64,000 nt of DNA, from NCBI GenBank assembly GCA_951406725.2, contig OX597815.1, positions 82,336,001 to 82,400,000 of the forward strand. Direction: 5' to 3'. The notes under the pieces were generated by a model, which saw only the letters and a program-made list of their open reading frames with translations, was not told the origin of the DNA and ran no database searches. The stretch is from Octopus vulgaris (lineage: Eukaryota). Shown here piece after piece: positions 40,361 through 52,135 of the stretch. Numbering within the stretch: position 1 is the first letter of the stretch; every line of letters starts with the position of its first letter. Made by a program: the position numbers and the translations under genes.

Positions 40361-40972
40361 AGGCAGCGAGCTGGCAGAAGCGTTAGCACGCCGGGCGAAA
40401 TGCGTAACCGTATTTCGTCTGCCGTTACGTTCTGAGTTCAAATTCCGCTGAGGACGACTTTGCCTTTCATCCTTTCGGGGTCAATAAATTAAGTACCAGT
40501 TACGCACTGGCGCCGATATAATCGACTTAATCTGTTTGTCTGTCTTTGTTCGTCCCCTCTGTGTTTAGCCCCTTGTTGGTAGTAAAGAAATAGGTATTTC
40601 GTCTGCCGCTACATTCTGAGTTCAAATTCCGCCGAGGTCAACTTTGCCTTTCATCCTTTAGGGTTCGATAAATGAAGTACAAGTTACGCACTGGTGTCGA
40701 TGTAATCGACTTAATCCGTTTGTCTGTCCTTGTTTGTCCCCTCAATGTTTAGCTCCTTGTGGGCAATGAAGAAATAAGAATCGTTAGCATGCCGAGCAAG
40801 ATACGTAGCAGTATTTCATCCAAATTCTCATTTTGACTTCAAATTCCACCGAGGTCGATTTTGACTTTCATCCATTCGGTGTCGATAAAGTAGGTACCAG
40901 TTGAACACTGGGGTCGATATAATCGACCTACCCCTCCCCGAAATTGCTGGCCTTATGCCAAAATCTGAAATC
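40361..40972 (+). mobile_element. Tandem array of SINE family A (three bodies)
   Basis: Head aggcagcgagctggcagaagcgttagc; restarts at ggtatttcg (40593) and agaatcgttagc (40777), each after an aagaaata tail. Confidence 0.9.
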
Positions 40973-41564
40973 AATATTGCTGATAACAGTAACAGCAATA
41001 AAAAGAATATAATTATGATAATATTGCATACACAAGAGCAAATAGGATAGAAACAGTACCATTGCGATCCAAGAACTACAATATTAAGACCACCGTCAAC
41101 GCTACTACCAACAACGCCATCAGCACCACCATCAAAATAATATCGTCGACGACGGTGTCCACGAACGTAGCACCACGTCCACCAGCAGCACCGTGATTTC
41201 TCTAAAGGCAAAACTGCACTCTTTGAAGTGGAATTTCGTCAAAATCACGAATGATCCATTGTCGCTTTGAATTAACGCCTACTTAATCTGTATTAGTCTT
41301 CGTTTGGCAGCCATAACCCCAAAATGGCGACGGGATTAAGTCCATGTATGTACAAAGTTATATATCTATAGCTATGTAGATAAATAGATAGACAGACAGA
41401 TAGATATAATGCATGTATAAATATACACTAACATATATGTGTGAATATGTTTGGGTATACATGTCCATCTATCTTTCTCTCTCTCTGTATATATATATAT
41501 AACTTTGTTCGCATGTATACATATAGATATGTATGTATGTATATACATATATACAGATAAGTAA

Positions 41565-41615
<51 letters not shown>

Positions 41616-41821
41616 AATGTATGCACACAAACATATAAAAAATTATATTCAAATGTATATATGTACGTGTATATATTTGTGATATATATGCATATGTTTA
41701 TAACTATGTATAATGTATAATATATATTCTATATATATTATATATGATATGATATATATACATATATATATGTATGTATATATATTATATATGATATGAT
41801 ATATATGCATATATATGTATG

Positions 41822-41857
<36 letters not shown>

Positions 41858-41905
41858 TATGTATATATATATATACATACATACTCATATACAGCATCTA
41901 TTTCT

Positions 41906-41957
<52 letters not shown>

Positions 41958-42302
41958 ATACCTTTAATGTACATCTACTACTAAACTGCTATCCTCAATG
42001 TTCAACCCATGGCTAAAATACAACGGACAACGGCAGAATTTGGAAGCAAATTCTAAGAAGATCAAAATATAGTGCATTGGAGACGCCTCGGTAGAAACGG
42101 TGAGCTGATAATCTGAAAATCCCACTGCACTATGTCATTCTGTACTGTCACGTCAATAGTGTCACAACGGGTTTGACTCTTGTCACCTGGCCTGTTATTG
42201 TGTAATATTCATCAGCTATCCTTACAAGGATTCTGATGAAATGTTTATCTCAGGATGTACATATACATAAATAAATGTTGAGAGGGAGAGAGAGGGAGAT
42301 AG

Positions 42303-42339
<37 letters not shown>

Positions 42340-42485
42340 AGGAGAGAGAGAAACCGACATATACAGATCCATAAATGCAAGAAGCACGTATAGCATAGAT
42401 TCAAACAGGCATACATACTGACATAGGTACTTATAGTTATTTAGCTTTGTAAATACCATGACATATATACACGCGCATATGCATG

Positions 42486-42696
<211 letters not shown>

Positions 42697-42905
42697 GTAT
42701 AAACAAACACACCAGACACACTTATTGTAAACAATTCAAATAAATCAGAAGTGTACAGTTCTTACTATTACAGTCAGTTATACACGATATCTAATCATTA
42801 CTATTTGATGAAGTTAGGTATAACTTGGGTATCTCTATCTACAATATATTTATATATGTATATAAATATATATATAGAGAGACATATATATATATAGATA
42901 TATAT

Positions 42906-43005
<100 letters not shown>

Positions 43006-43014
43006 TATATATAT

Positions 43015-43045
<31 letters not shown>

Positions 43046-43208
43046 CATGTATAGTTCATATCAATTGTATTTCGGCCAGAGTTCTTTGGTCAAAATTCTG
43101 TGACCTAATCATTGTGCCTTTGCTTTCCTCTCTCTCTCTATATATGCATGTATGTGTGTGTATATATATATACATGCACATATATATATATGTATACACA
43201 CACACATA

Positions 43209-43253
<45 letters not shown>

Positions 43254-43419
43254 ACAGTTATCGCCATACTAATATGGCATTCTTATAAAAATAAGAAGAA
43301 AGCTGTCCGCTTATTAGCTCCATGAGGCCATCGCCTTAAGTTAGCTATTTGATACACAAACTGTATCCATATAACCTTCGAACAAGGGAGGTCAGTCGCT
43401 CCACACTACTTGAGCGGCA

Positions 43420-43461
43420 GCTACAGACGCGTTTCAGGGTATTGCCCCTTTTCAATGCAGC
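43420..43461 (-). ncRNA. Minimal type I hammerhead ribozyme (U3-A8), copy 1
   Basis: Reverse complement gctgca TTGAAAA gggg caata ccct GAAA cgcg TC tgtagc. Confidence 0.75.
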
Positions 43462-43781
43462 GTAGCCAGCCAGTAGGTGTCGCTTCCGACAATCTCTGTT
43501 CGATGGTTTTATTTACCTAGTTTCGGTGGAATACATCCACTTGTTTTCAATAATAGAAATATTAAAATAACTAAGTCTCTCTAAAAGAGAACAGCGGCAG
43601 CGTTCCCGGAAAATAATAGTTATCGCCATACTAATATGGCATTCTTATAAAAATAAGAAAAAAGCTGTCCGCTTATTAGCTCCATGAGGCCATCGCCTTA
43701 AGTTAGCTATTTGATACACAAACTGTATCCATATAACCTTCGAACAAGGGAGGTCAGTCGCTCCACACTACTTGACCGGCA

Positions 43782-43823
43782 GCTACAGACGCGTTTCAGG
43801 GTATTGCCCCTTTTCAATGCAGC
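43782..43823 (-). ncRNA. Minimal type I hammerhead ribozyme (U3-A8), copy 2
   Basis: Identical to copy 1, 362 bp away. Confidence 0.75.
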
Positions 43824-44248
43824 GTAGCCAGCCAGTAGGTGTCGCTTCCGACAATCTCTGTTCGATGGTTTTATTTACCTAGTTTCGGTGGAATACATCC
43901 ACTTGTTTTCAATAATAGAAATATTAAAATAACTAAGTCTCTCTAAAAGAGAACAGCGGCAGCGTTCCCGGAAAATAATAGTTATCGCCATACTAATATG
44001 GCATTCTTATAAAAATAAGAAAAAAGCTGTCCGCTTATTAGCTCCATGAGGCCATCGCCTTAAGTTAGCTATTTGATACACAAACTGTATCCATATAACC
44101 TGTATCCATATGCCGCTGTTCTCTTTTAGAGAGACTTAGTTATTTTAATATTTCTATTATTGAAAACAAGTGGATGTATTCCACCGAAACTAGGTAAATA
44201 AAAACATCGAACAGAGATTGTCGGAAGCGACACCTACTGGCTGGCTAC

Positions 44249-44290
44249 GCTGCATTGAAAAGGGGCAATACCCTGAAACGCGTCTGTAGC
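44249..44290 (+). ncRNA. Minimal type I hammerhead ribozyme (U3-A8), copy 3
   Basis: gctgcattgaaaaggggcaataccctgaaacgcgtctgtagc; predicted cleavage after C44284. Confidence 0.75.
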
Positions 44291-44610
44291 TGCCGGTCAA
44301 GTAGTGTGGAGCGACTGACCTCCCTTGTTCGAAGGTTATATGGATACAGTTTGCGTATCAAATAGCTAACTTAAGGCGATGGCCTCATGGAGCTAATAAG
44401 CGGACAGCTTTTTTCTTATTTTTATAAGAATGCCATATTAGTATGGCGATAACTATTATTTTCCGGGAACGCTGCCGCTGTTCTCTTTTAGAGAGACTTA
44501 GTTATTTTAATATTTCTATTATTGAAAACAAGTGGATGTATTCCACCGAAACTAGGTAAATAAAACCATCGAACAGAGATTGTCGGAAGCGACACCTACT
44601 GGCTGGCTAC

Positions 44611-44652
44611 GCTGCATTGAAAAGGGGCAATACCCTGAAACGCGTCTGTAGC
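44611..44652 (+). ncRNA. Minimal type I hammerhead ribozyme (U3-A8), copy 4
   Basis: Identical to copy 3; predicted cleavage after C44646. Confidence 0.75.
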
Positions 44653-44872
44653 TGCCGCTCAAGTAGTGTGGAGCGACTGACCTCCCTTGTTCGAAGGTTA
44701 TATGGATACAGTTTGTGTATCAAATAGCTAACTTAAGGCGATGGCCTCATGGAGCTAATAAGCGGACAGCTTTTTTCTTATTTTTATAAGAATGCCATAT
44801 TAGTATGGCGATAACTATTATTTTCCGGGAACGCTGCCGCTGTTCTCTTTTAGAGAGACTTAGTTATTTTAA

Positions 44873-44939
<67 letters not shown>

Positions 44940-45368
44940 GAGCATTATATTATTACTGTTAAAAACAGTAATATTGAAATATTGTATCTATTAAGGTAGA
45001 AGTCTTGCTAACCGCCTCATTATTACTATTTTTAGCAACAATAATGCTTTCATATAGTTACTTTCTTATTGTTAACGATAGTTTTCTCCTTAAACGGAGC
45101 GGGACGTTTAAAGTTCGAAACGCACACGAGTTGATGTAGTGAATATTTTGGAAATAGATATTACTATCCCCAACTGAAGAGTGCAAAGCATGTTTTCTCA
45201 TACACAGCATGAAATCAATTGATATTGGGGAATATAAACTATCTTCAAATTCCATCCTGAAGGTAGTTTTTAAAGTGCTCATTGCATTGCTCGTGTGTGT
45301 ATTTATCGTAGGACTGGTGTTTTTTAAAGCTTTCGCTTTCATCTTTGGCAAGCGGTATTTTTACCCTT

Positions 45369-45434
<66 letters not shown>

Positions 45435-45601
45435 CATACATACATACATACATACATACATACATACTTACATACATATATACATACATACAAATGTACA
45501 GATAAACATATATATATACATACAGATAGATAGTTAGCTAGGTAGATCGATCGATAGACAGACAGATAGACAGATAGATAGATAAATAGATAGATGAATA
45601 T

Positions 45602-45658
<57 letters not shown>

Positions 45659-46229
45659 CAAATATAGCTGCTTTCATTTGTAACAATCTGTTAAAAGTGA
45701 GAAGCCATAAAACGTTCATGAACCATGTAAACTTTATTGGCTGTTTTACTGACTTCAGGTATGAATTCTCAAATCAGTAAAGTAATTTTTGCGATAAAAT
45801 GACTAAAACGCCATCTACAAATGTTGTACGACATCATATGTCATATTCTTAAAATGGTTCATTTCGCAGGAGTAAGATTGCATAATGGCATCCATAAACT
45901 ATTTAGATAGAAATAGTTGGCGTCGATAACTTGTATATTCTAATCGCTGGTGTGTTTTGCCAATGATATTCTCGTTTACGATATATGTGTATTCGTAACA
46001 TTCGATTCATTCGTACAAGGTATTCTGAAGCAGCCGGTGTTTTGACGTAGTTGTTTCTCACCAGCAAGCCGTCCGGTCGGACCAATGAATCTAATAAAGG
46101 AACATATAAAATAGCAACCTAATATGTCTCTAATCTCATACGACCATTTTAAAAAGGTAGTGACATTGGATACAATAGTTCGAGTTTTATTGTTATAAAA
46201 TGAGCTAATGTATTATAGATGCCAAAAGT

Positions 46230-46980
46230 TTAAAATTTTAATGTTCTTTGCAGGCAAAAAAACATACGTCAAAATTCTGTTAAGGAGCGGTGATTTTACA
46301 AACGTGATGTCAAAAGTTTTAGTTGCACAAAATTGATAAGAGTTTCTACTCCTTTTATAAGTTTAAGGAAAGGAATTATTTTTCCAGTTTCAGTTATAAA
46401 GAATATTTTTTGTTTCTGAATGAATTTAGGTATCGGCTTCGTTGTTTAAATGCGTTGGGTGTAAGTCCGATGTGGTATTTTCATAGGTCATTTTTGTTAC
46501 CTTGGTGAAATAGATGATATCTTTCTGCAAGCATTTATTATCGAAGACGAAAGCAAATGAGCTACGACAGTTGCATAATCTGGTTTTAAGTATGGAACAG
46601 GATGTATGTAGTCTGCTTGTAATTTCATTCCAATCGTGTCTGGGGAAATTTGGGTTCATATTCAAAATGGTATGGTACTTAAGTGCTGTGCCAGAGAATT
46701 TTTCAAAACTAAGGTTAGGAAAGAAACTGTCAGTGTAGCTGCTTGTAAGTTACGCGTGGGTTGTATCAAATGGTTTGCCAGCGCAACATAGCTGTATAGG
46801 TAAGATGTTAGCTATTCATCTTTGGTCATCTTCATGGAATCTAGGGTAAGAATCTTTTCGTGTCGATCCAAGCCTTGTGAGTAACATAGAATAGACGAAA
46901 AATTCTTAGAATTATGCCAAAGGAGAGTATACCTATAATTCAAAGGCACGACATTGTTCGGCTGAGTGTCTTGGTAATTT
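46230..46980 (-). mobile_element. Second decayed Penelope-like fragment (linker plus GIY-YIG)
   Basis: Minus strand NFPRH..., RLCNCR....NKCLQKDIIY..KVT, then after a frameshift YHIGLTPNAFKQR...NSFRN: the Penelope-type Cys linker and IIY/YIG motifs. Confidence 0.75.
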
Positions 46981-46991
46981 TGCCTTAAATT

Positions 46992-47382
46992 TTTTTTTGG
47001 AAGCACTCCGTCAATTACGACGAGGAGGGTTCCGGTTGATCCGAATCAACGGAACAGCTTGCTCGTGAAATTTACGTGTAAGTGGCTTAGCACTCCTCAG
47101 ACACGTGTACCCTTAACGCAGTTCTCGGGGATATTCAGCGTGACACAGAGAGTGACAAGACCGCCCCTTTGAAATACAGGTACAACAGAAACAGGAAGTA
47201 AGAGTGAGAGAAAGTTGTGGTGAAAGAGTACAGCAGGGATCACCACCATCCCCTGCCGGAGCCTCGTGGAGCTTTAGGTGTTTTCGCTCAATAAACACTC
47301 ACAACGCCCGGTCTGGGAATCGAAACCGCGATCCTATGACCGCGAGTCCGCTGCCCTAACCACTGGGCCATTGCGCCTCCAC
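46992..47382 (-). mobile_element. Full-length young SINE family D, tail type 3, with poly(A) and TSD
   Basis: Head tggaggcgcaatggcccagtggttagggcagcggactcgcgg...gtttcgattccc (A/B boxes). Direct repeat tgccttaaatt at 46981-46991 and 47383-47393. Confidence 0.92.
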
Positions 47383-48372
47383 TGCCTTAAATTACGTTAA
47401 TAGCACACGTTACTGTTGTGTACTCAACCACTTACATGCTAATTCGATGGTTAAGAAATCAATTGATTGAAAAACTGATACCTTGATGCCGAAACTGAGG
47501 TGGATTAATGTTTTCTTACACTAGATCGTTTTTCTGTCTTTTCCTCTTTGGGATTTTCAGTTTTCGGTTTGAATGTTATTGTTGTAGCTGAAGTTTATGA
47601 TGATGATAGTGGTGGTGATGATGGTGCTATTGATGATGATGATGACGATGATGAGGAGAAAGAAGATGATAATGTTTGTGATGAGGATGTTGATGATGAT
47701 GAGCTGTTAGCTCTGCTGGGGTTGGTGGTTTTGCTGCTGTAGATCATTTTGGAGGGTAAATGTGAAAGAAATTCTTGAATGTTGGGTTATAATAGCCTTT
47801 CTATAGCATATTTTATAGTTTTTAACTGGTTTATTGTGCAGTTTCACATCCCCCCCAATCTTGACTACTAAAACGAGGTAACAACATACACCAACATCAC
47901 AACATACTGAAGATGAGACTGTAGGTCTTCATACACCACTATTGTTGATATACCTAGGCATTTTACATCTTAAGAAGCTGCAATGAAAATTTCCTAATAC
48001 AAGAAAAACAGCTTGTCAGAAAGCTTACAACTAGACCACCATGGTTTGCATTAAAATCTTTAAAAAAATAGCTACTTCAATCAATCAATCTATCCATCCT
48101 TGACTACACAAACATATGCATACACGCACAAATGCACGCCACACAGACACATGCACATACTTTTGCATATTCATTCTCCATTAATTTACATACAACCACC
48201 TTAACACATAAGAAAAGAAATGTCATTGGAAAATTGTTCAAGGAAAATTGTCTGGACCATACTGCAGGATCGTCACGGCTGAATAAGGTTGACTGGAAAT
48301 CTGCTTGATCAAGGTGGAGGATGGTTTTAAAACACCAGCACGACAATTACCAAAACCACTACGAAAGAAACC

Positions 48373-48563
48373 AACACCACCACCACCACCACCACCGCCA
48401 CCGCCGCCACCGCCGCCGCCACCGCCACCACCACCACCACCACCACCACCACCACCACCACCACCACCACCACCACCACCACCACCACCACCACCATCAT
48501 CACCACCACCACCACCACCACCACCAACAACAACAACACCAACAACAACAACAACAACAACAA
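48373..48563. repeat. (CCA)n/(CCG)n/(CAA)n microsatellite
   Basis: Directly visible. Confidence 0.95.
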
Positions 48564-48907
48564 CAGCTATGTTATGTTTGATCTTATTTACCGTGTATGT
48601 GAAGATTTACACATCCAGACTGGTTAGCTATATATGGTAGTCAATAAATCTTCCCTACGTACCTGCAATTTATTTATTAATTAGTATATATTTCTGTTCT
48701 CGCTTGCTATCCTATGTAGTTCTCTCTTTAAGAAGAAATATATAAAATATAATGAGTATATCTTTATTTTAAAGTATGATTGCTAATGGATGGAATACAC
48801 CTCTCTTTCTAAGTAAAATTGCTTCTTTCTATTCTTTACCAGGTAGTTTGTTTGACGTCTCCTAATATAATGCTTAAATATAAGGCTCTGTAACTGTGTG
48901 AATGAGA

Positions 48908-48947
<40 letters not shown>

Positions 48948-49344
48948 GTGTGTACGAACTAGTCATATATTTAGCAGTAAGTTGACAGTTATTGAATCAG
49001 TTATTGAGTTAATCAAACACAAGAGAATATAATATATCTACTGAACTTTGTCAATTGAGGCTAATAAGAGTAACAACAACAAACGACTCGAACATCAACA
49101 GTAGCAGTAGTAGCGGAGCCAACAAGAACAATATCGGTAACATAGCTGTGATAATAAAACAATTGCAACGTTGTAAATGCCACCATATGGTGCTGGACTC
49201 AATTCTTTTCATAAAAACTTGGAACTCAAATTGTGTCGCAGTTTCGATTCCCGCCTGGGTATCACTCCACTTCACACAGCATCACTACTAGTGTAAACGA
49301 AACATAAATGGTCGTCACAAATCCATTTTTATTTTATTTTTCAG

Positions 49345-49745
49345 AGTAGGTAGCTTGCTTACGAGCCACATGGTTCCGGGTTCAGTCCCACTGCGTGGGA
49401 CCTTGGGCAAGTGTTTTCTACTATAGCCTCGGGCCGACCAAAGCCTTGTGAGTGGATTTGGTAGACGGAAACTGAAAGAAGCCCGTCGTATATATGTATA
49501 TATATATATATGTATGTGAGTGTGTGTATATGTTTGTGTGTCTGTGTTTGTCCCCCCAACATCGCTTGACAACAGATGCTGGTGTGTTTACGTCACCGAA
49601 GCGGTTCGGCAAAAAAGACCGATAGAACGAGTACTAGGCTTACAAAGAATAAGTCCTGGGGCCGATTTGCTCGACTAAAGGTGGTGCTCAAGCATGGCCA
49701 TAGTCAAATGACTGAAACAAATAAAAGAATAAAAGAGTAAAGAGT
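49345..49745 (+). mobile_element. SINE family B (CORE-like ccttgggcaagt), near full length
   Basis: agcttgcttacgagccacatggttccgggttcagtccc...ccttgggcaagtg...gactgaaacaaataaaagaataaaagag. Confidence 0.9.
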
Positions 49746-49819
49746 AAGTGTAAAGTCTTTGTGATTCAAGAAATAAAAAAAAAAAGAATTAAAAGCGAGT
49801 CATATTAGAGTGACTCACT

Positions 49820-49985
49820 AAGGTGCTGAGCTGGCGGAATCGTTAGTTGGCTGGGCAAAATGTGTAGCGGCATTTCTTCCGGCTCTACATTCTGAGTTCA
49901 AATTCTGCCCAAGATCGACTTCGCCTTCCATCCTTTTGAGGTCGATGAAATGAATACTATTCGAATACTGTAGTTGATGTAATTA
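49820..49985 (+). mobile_element. SINE family A
   Basis: aaggtgctgagctggcggaatcgttag...ctgagttcaaattctgccc...ccttccatcctttt. Confidence 0.8.
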
Positions 49986-50522
49986 GTAAGGTCATGTCTT
50001 GTGCTTATAGAAGCAAGGATATTAAAGTGGCTCAATAATTACTTGAGGTATGGAACTATTAGAACCATGTCCGAACCATTCCAAACCACAATCCACTTCG
50101 TATTTACTACCAGCGTTCCTATTACTTCAATTCATAAGCATTACACGTTCGCAAGCACGAATACATACACACACTCACATATTCATACACATAAAAATGC
50201 TATTATCTGAAAGGTATTGTAACTCAACATTATGTAAGTTCTATCACACACACACATCACACAGAGAACAAAACACCTTCCTAACACAATACATCCTCCT
50301 CCCCCTCCCCTTCTTCGTCTTCCTCCTCCTCCTCATTATTCTCCTCCCTCCTCTTTCTCCTTTGCCCCTCCCAACCCCTTTCTCTTCCTCCTCCTCATTA
50401 CCATCATTATCGTCATTATCATCTCTTACAACTACTGAAGCAATGACAGTATTAACACGAAGGAGCAGCGACGAGCAGCGACGACTGTAACCACAGTCAA
50501 CGACTGTAACGACAATGATAAC

Positions 50523-50642
50523 AATAATAATAATAATAATAATAAATAATAATAAGAATAATAATTAATAATAATAATAATGATAATAATAATAATAATA
50601 ATAGTAATAATAATAATTAATAATAATAATAATAATAATGAT

Positions 50643-50682
<40 letters not shown>

Positions 50683-50740
50683 TAATAATAATAATAATAA
50701 TAATTAATACTAATAATAATAATAATTAATAATAATTAAT

Positions 50741-50787
<47 letters not shown>

Positions 50788-50826
50788 GTAATAATAATAA
50801 TTAATAATAATAATAATAATAATGAT

Positions 50827-50921
<95 letters not shown>

Positions 50922-50998
50922 TAATAATAATAATAATAATTAATAATAATTAATAATAATTATAATAATAATCGATGGCGTGCATTGCTCTCTCACTC

Positions 50999-51049
<51 letters not shown>

Positions 51050-51080
51050 TATCAATGATGATGATGATGATGATGATGAT
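50523..51080. repeat. Very long interrupted (AAT)n tract followed by (GAT)n
   Basis: Directly visible; about 450 bp of continuous AAT-type repeat before 50970. Confidence 0.95.
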
Positions 51081-51249
51081 GGTGATAGCAACAACGGCAT
51101 CGATAATAACGGTAAGAATAGAACTAAACAAGCCACTGCAGAAAAATCGGCCGTTTCAATATTACCACCAAAACCAACACCACCACCACCACCACCACCA
51201 CCACCGATACTCACCCTCCTGTGACGACCAATTCACCTTTCCTCCTCCC

Positions 51250-51291
<42 letters not shown>

Positions 51292-51641
51292 CTACTCCTC
51301 CTCCTCCTCCTCCTCTTCCTCCTCCTACTACTACTACTACTACAATTAGCGTCATGAAATCTACTTCTATACCCCTTATAGCAACACTACAGCTACCACT
51401 ACGTCGACGACAACCACCTACGTCATCACTAGCGCAACCACCACCACCACCACCACCATAATTGCTAAAAGAAAAACAACGACAATAACAGCAAACGCCA
51501 CGACAATTCCCCTCTTCCAGTCGAGAGGCATAACAGCAAAACAAACAGAAAGACTCTACGGTTTCGAAATAAAATTTGAATTATCATTAATGTCTCTCCG
51601 AGATTTATGTTTCTCATTGTTTGAATTACATGTGTAGTTTC

Positions 51642-51716
<75 letters not shown>

Positions 51717-52024
51717 TGTGTGTGTATGTATGTATGTGAGCTCCTGGTGTTGCTATTGATATTGTTGTTGCTGTTACCGTTGCTGTCGTTATTTACTTGG
51801 TTTTTTAGTTTTATTTAGACGCCATAGTACCATAGATCAACTGCAGCAAAGATGAAGGACTTTGCGCAGAGTCACAGCAGGAAGCCAATGGAGTATCCAG
51901 GTTAAGTGGGAACTTGAAAAATGCTGTTCATTTAGTTTATTGTTTCTGTTGTAAGATCGCGACATTTAGTCGTAAATAGTTCTTTAAATAGGCTTCAGAT
52001 GTAATTTGCAGTAACCATAGAAAG

Positions 52025-52081
<57 letters not shown>

Positions 52082-52104
52082 GCAACAGCAGCAACAGCAC
52101 CAGC

Positions 52105-52135
<31 letters not shown>

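Larger units (their letters stand above)
43251..44880. mobile_element. Palindromic array of 362-bp hammerhead-bearing units (Penelope pLTR / non-LTR retrozyme-like) inserted in (TA)n
   Basis: tcgccatact recurs at 43261, 43623 and 43985 (period 362). 44111-44880 is the reverse complement of the same repeat. Both outer ends abut (TA)n. Confidence 0.9.

Noticed and set aside
43251-44880. CRISPR array or plain satellite
   Set aside because: Units are near-identical 362-mers with no unique spacers, in eukaryotic context; the inversion and ribozymes point to a retroelement.
47310-47382. tRNA gene
   Set aside because: It is the tRNA-derived head of a SINE, continuing into body, tail and poly(A) and flanked by a TSD.
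48305-48640. Poly-Pro / poly-His ORFs
   Set aside because: (CCA)n microsatellite.
51837-51905. Possible exon ending cag|gttaag
   Set aside because: gactttgcgcagagtcacagc resembles an antisense CORE-SINE remnant; the acceptor is ambiguous.
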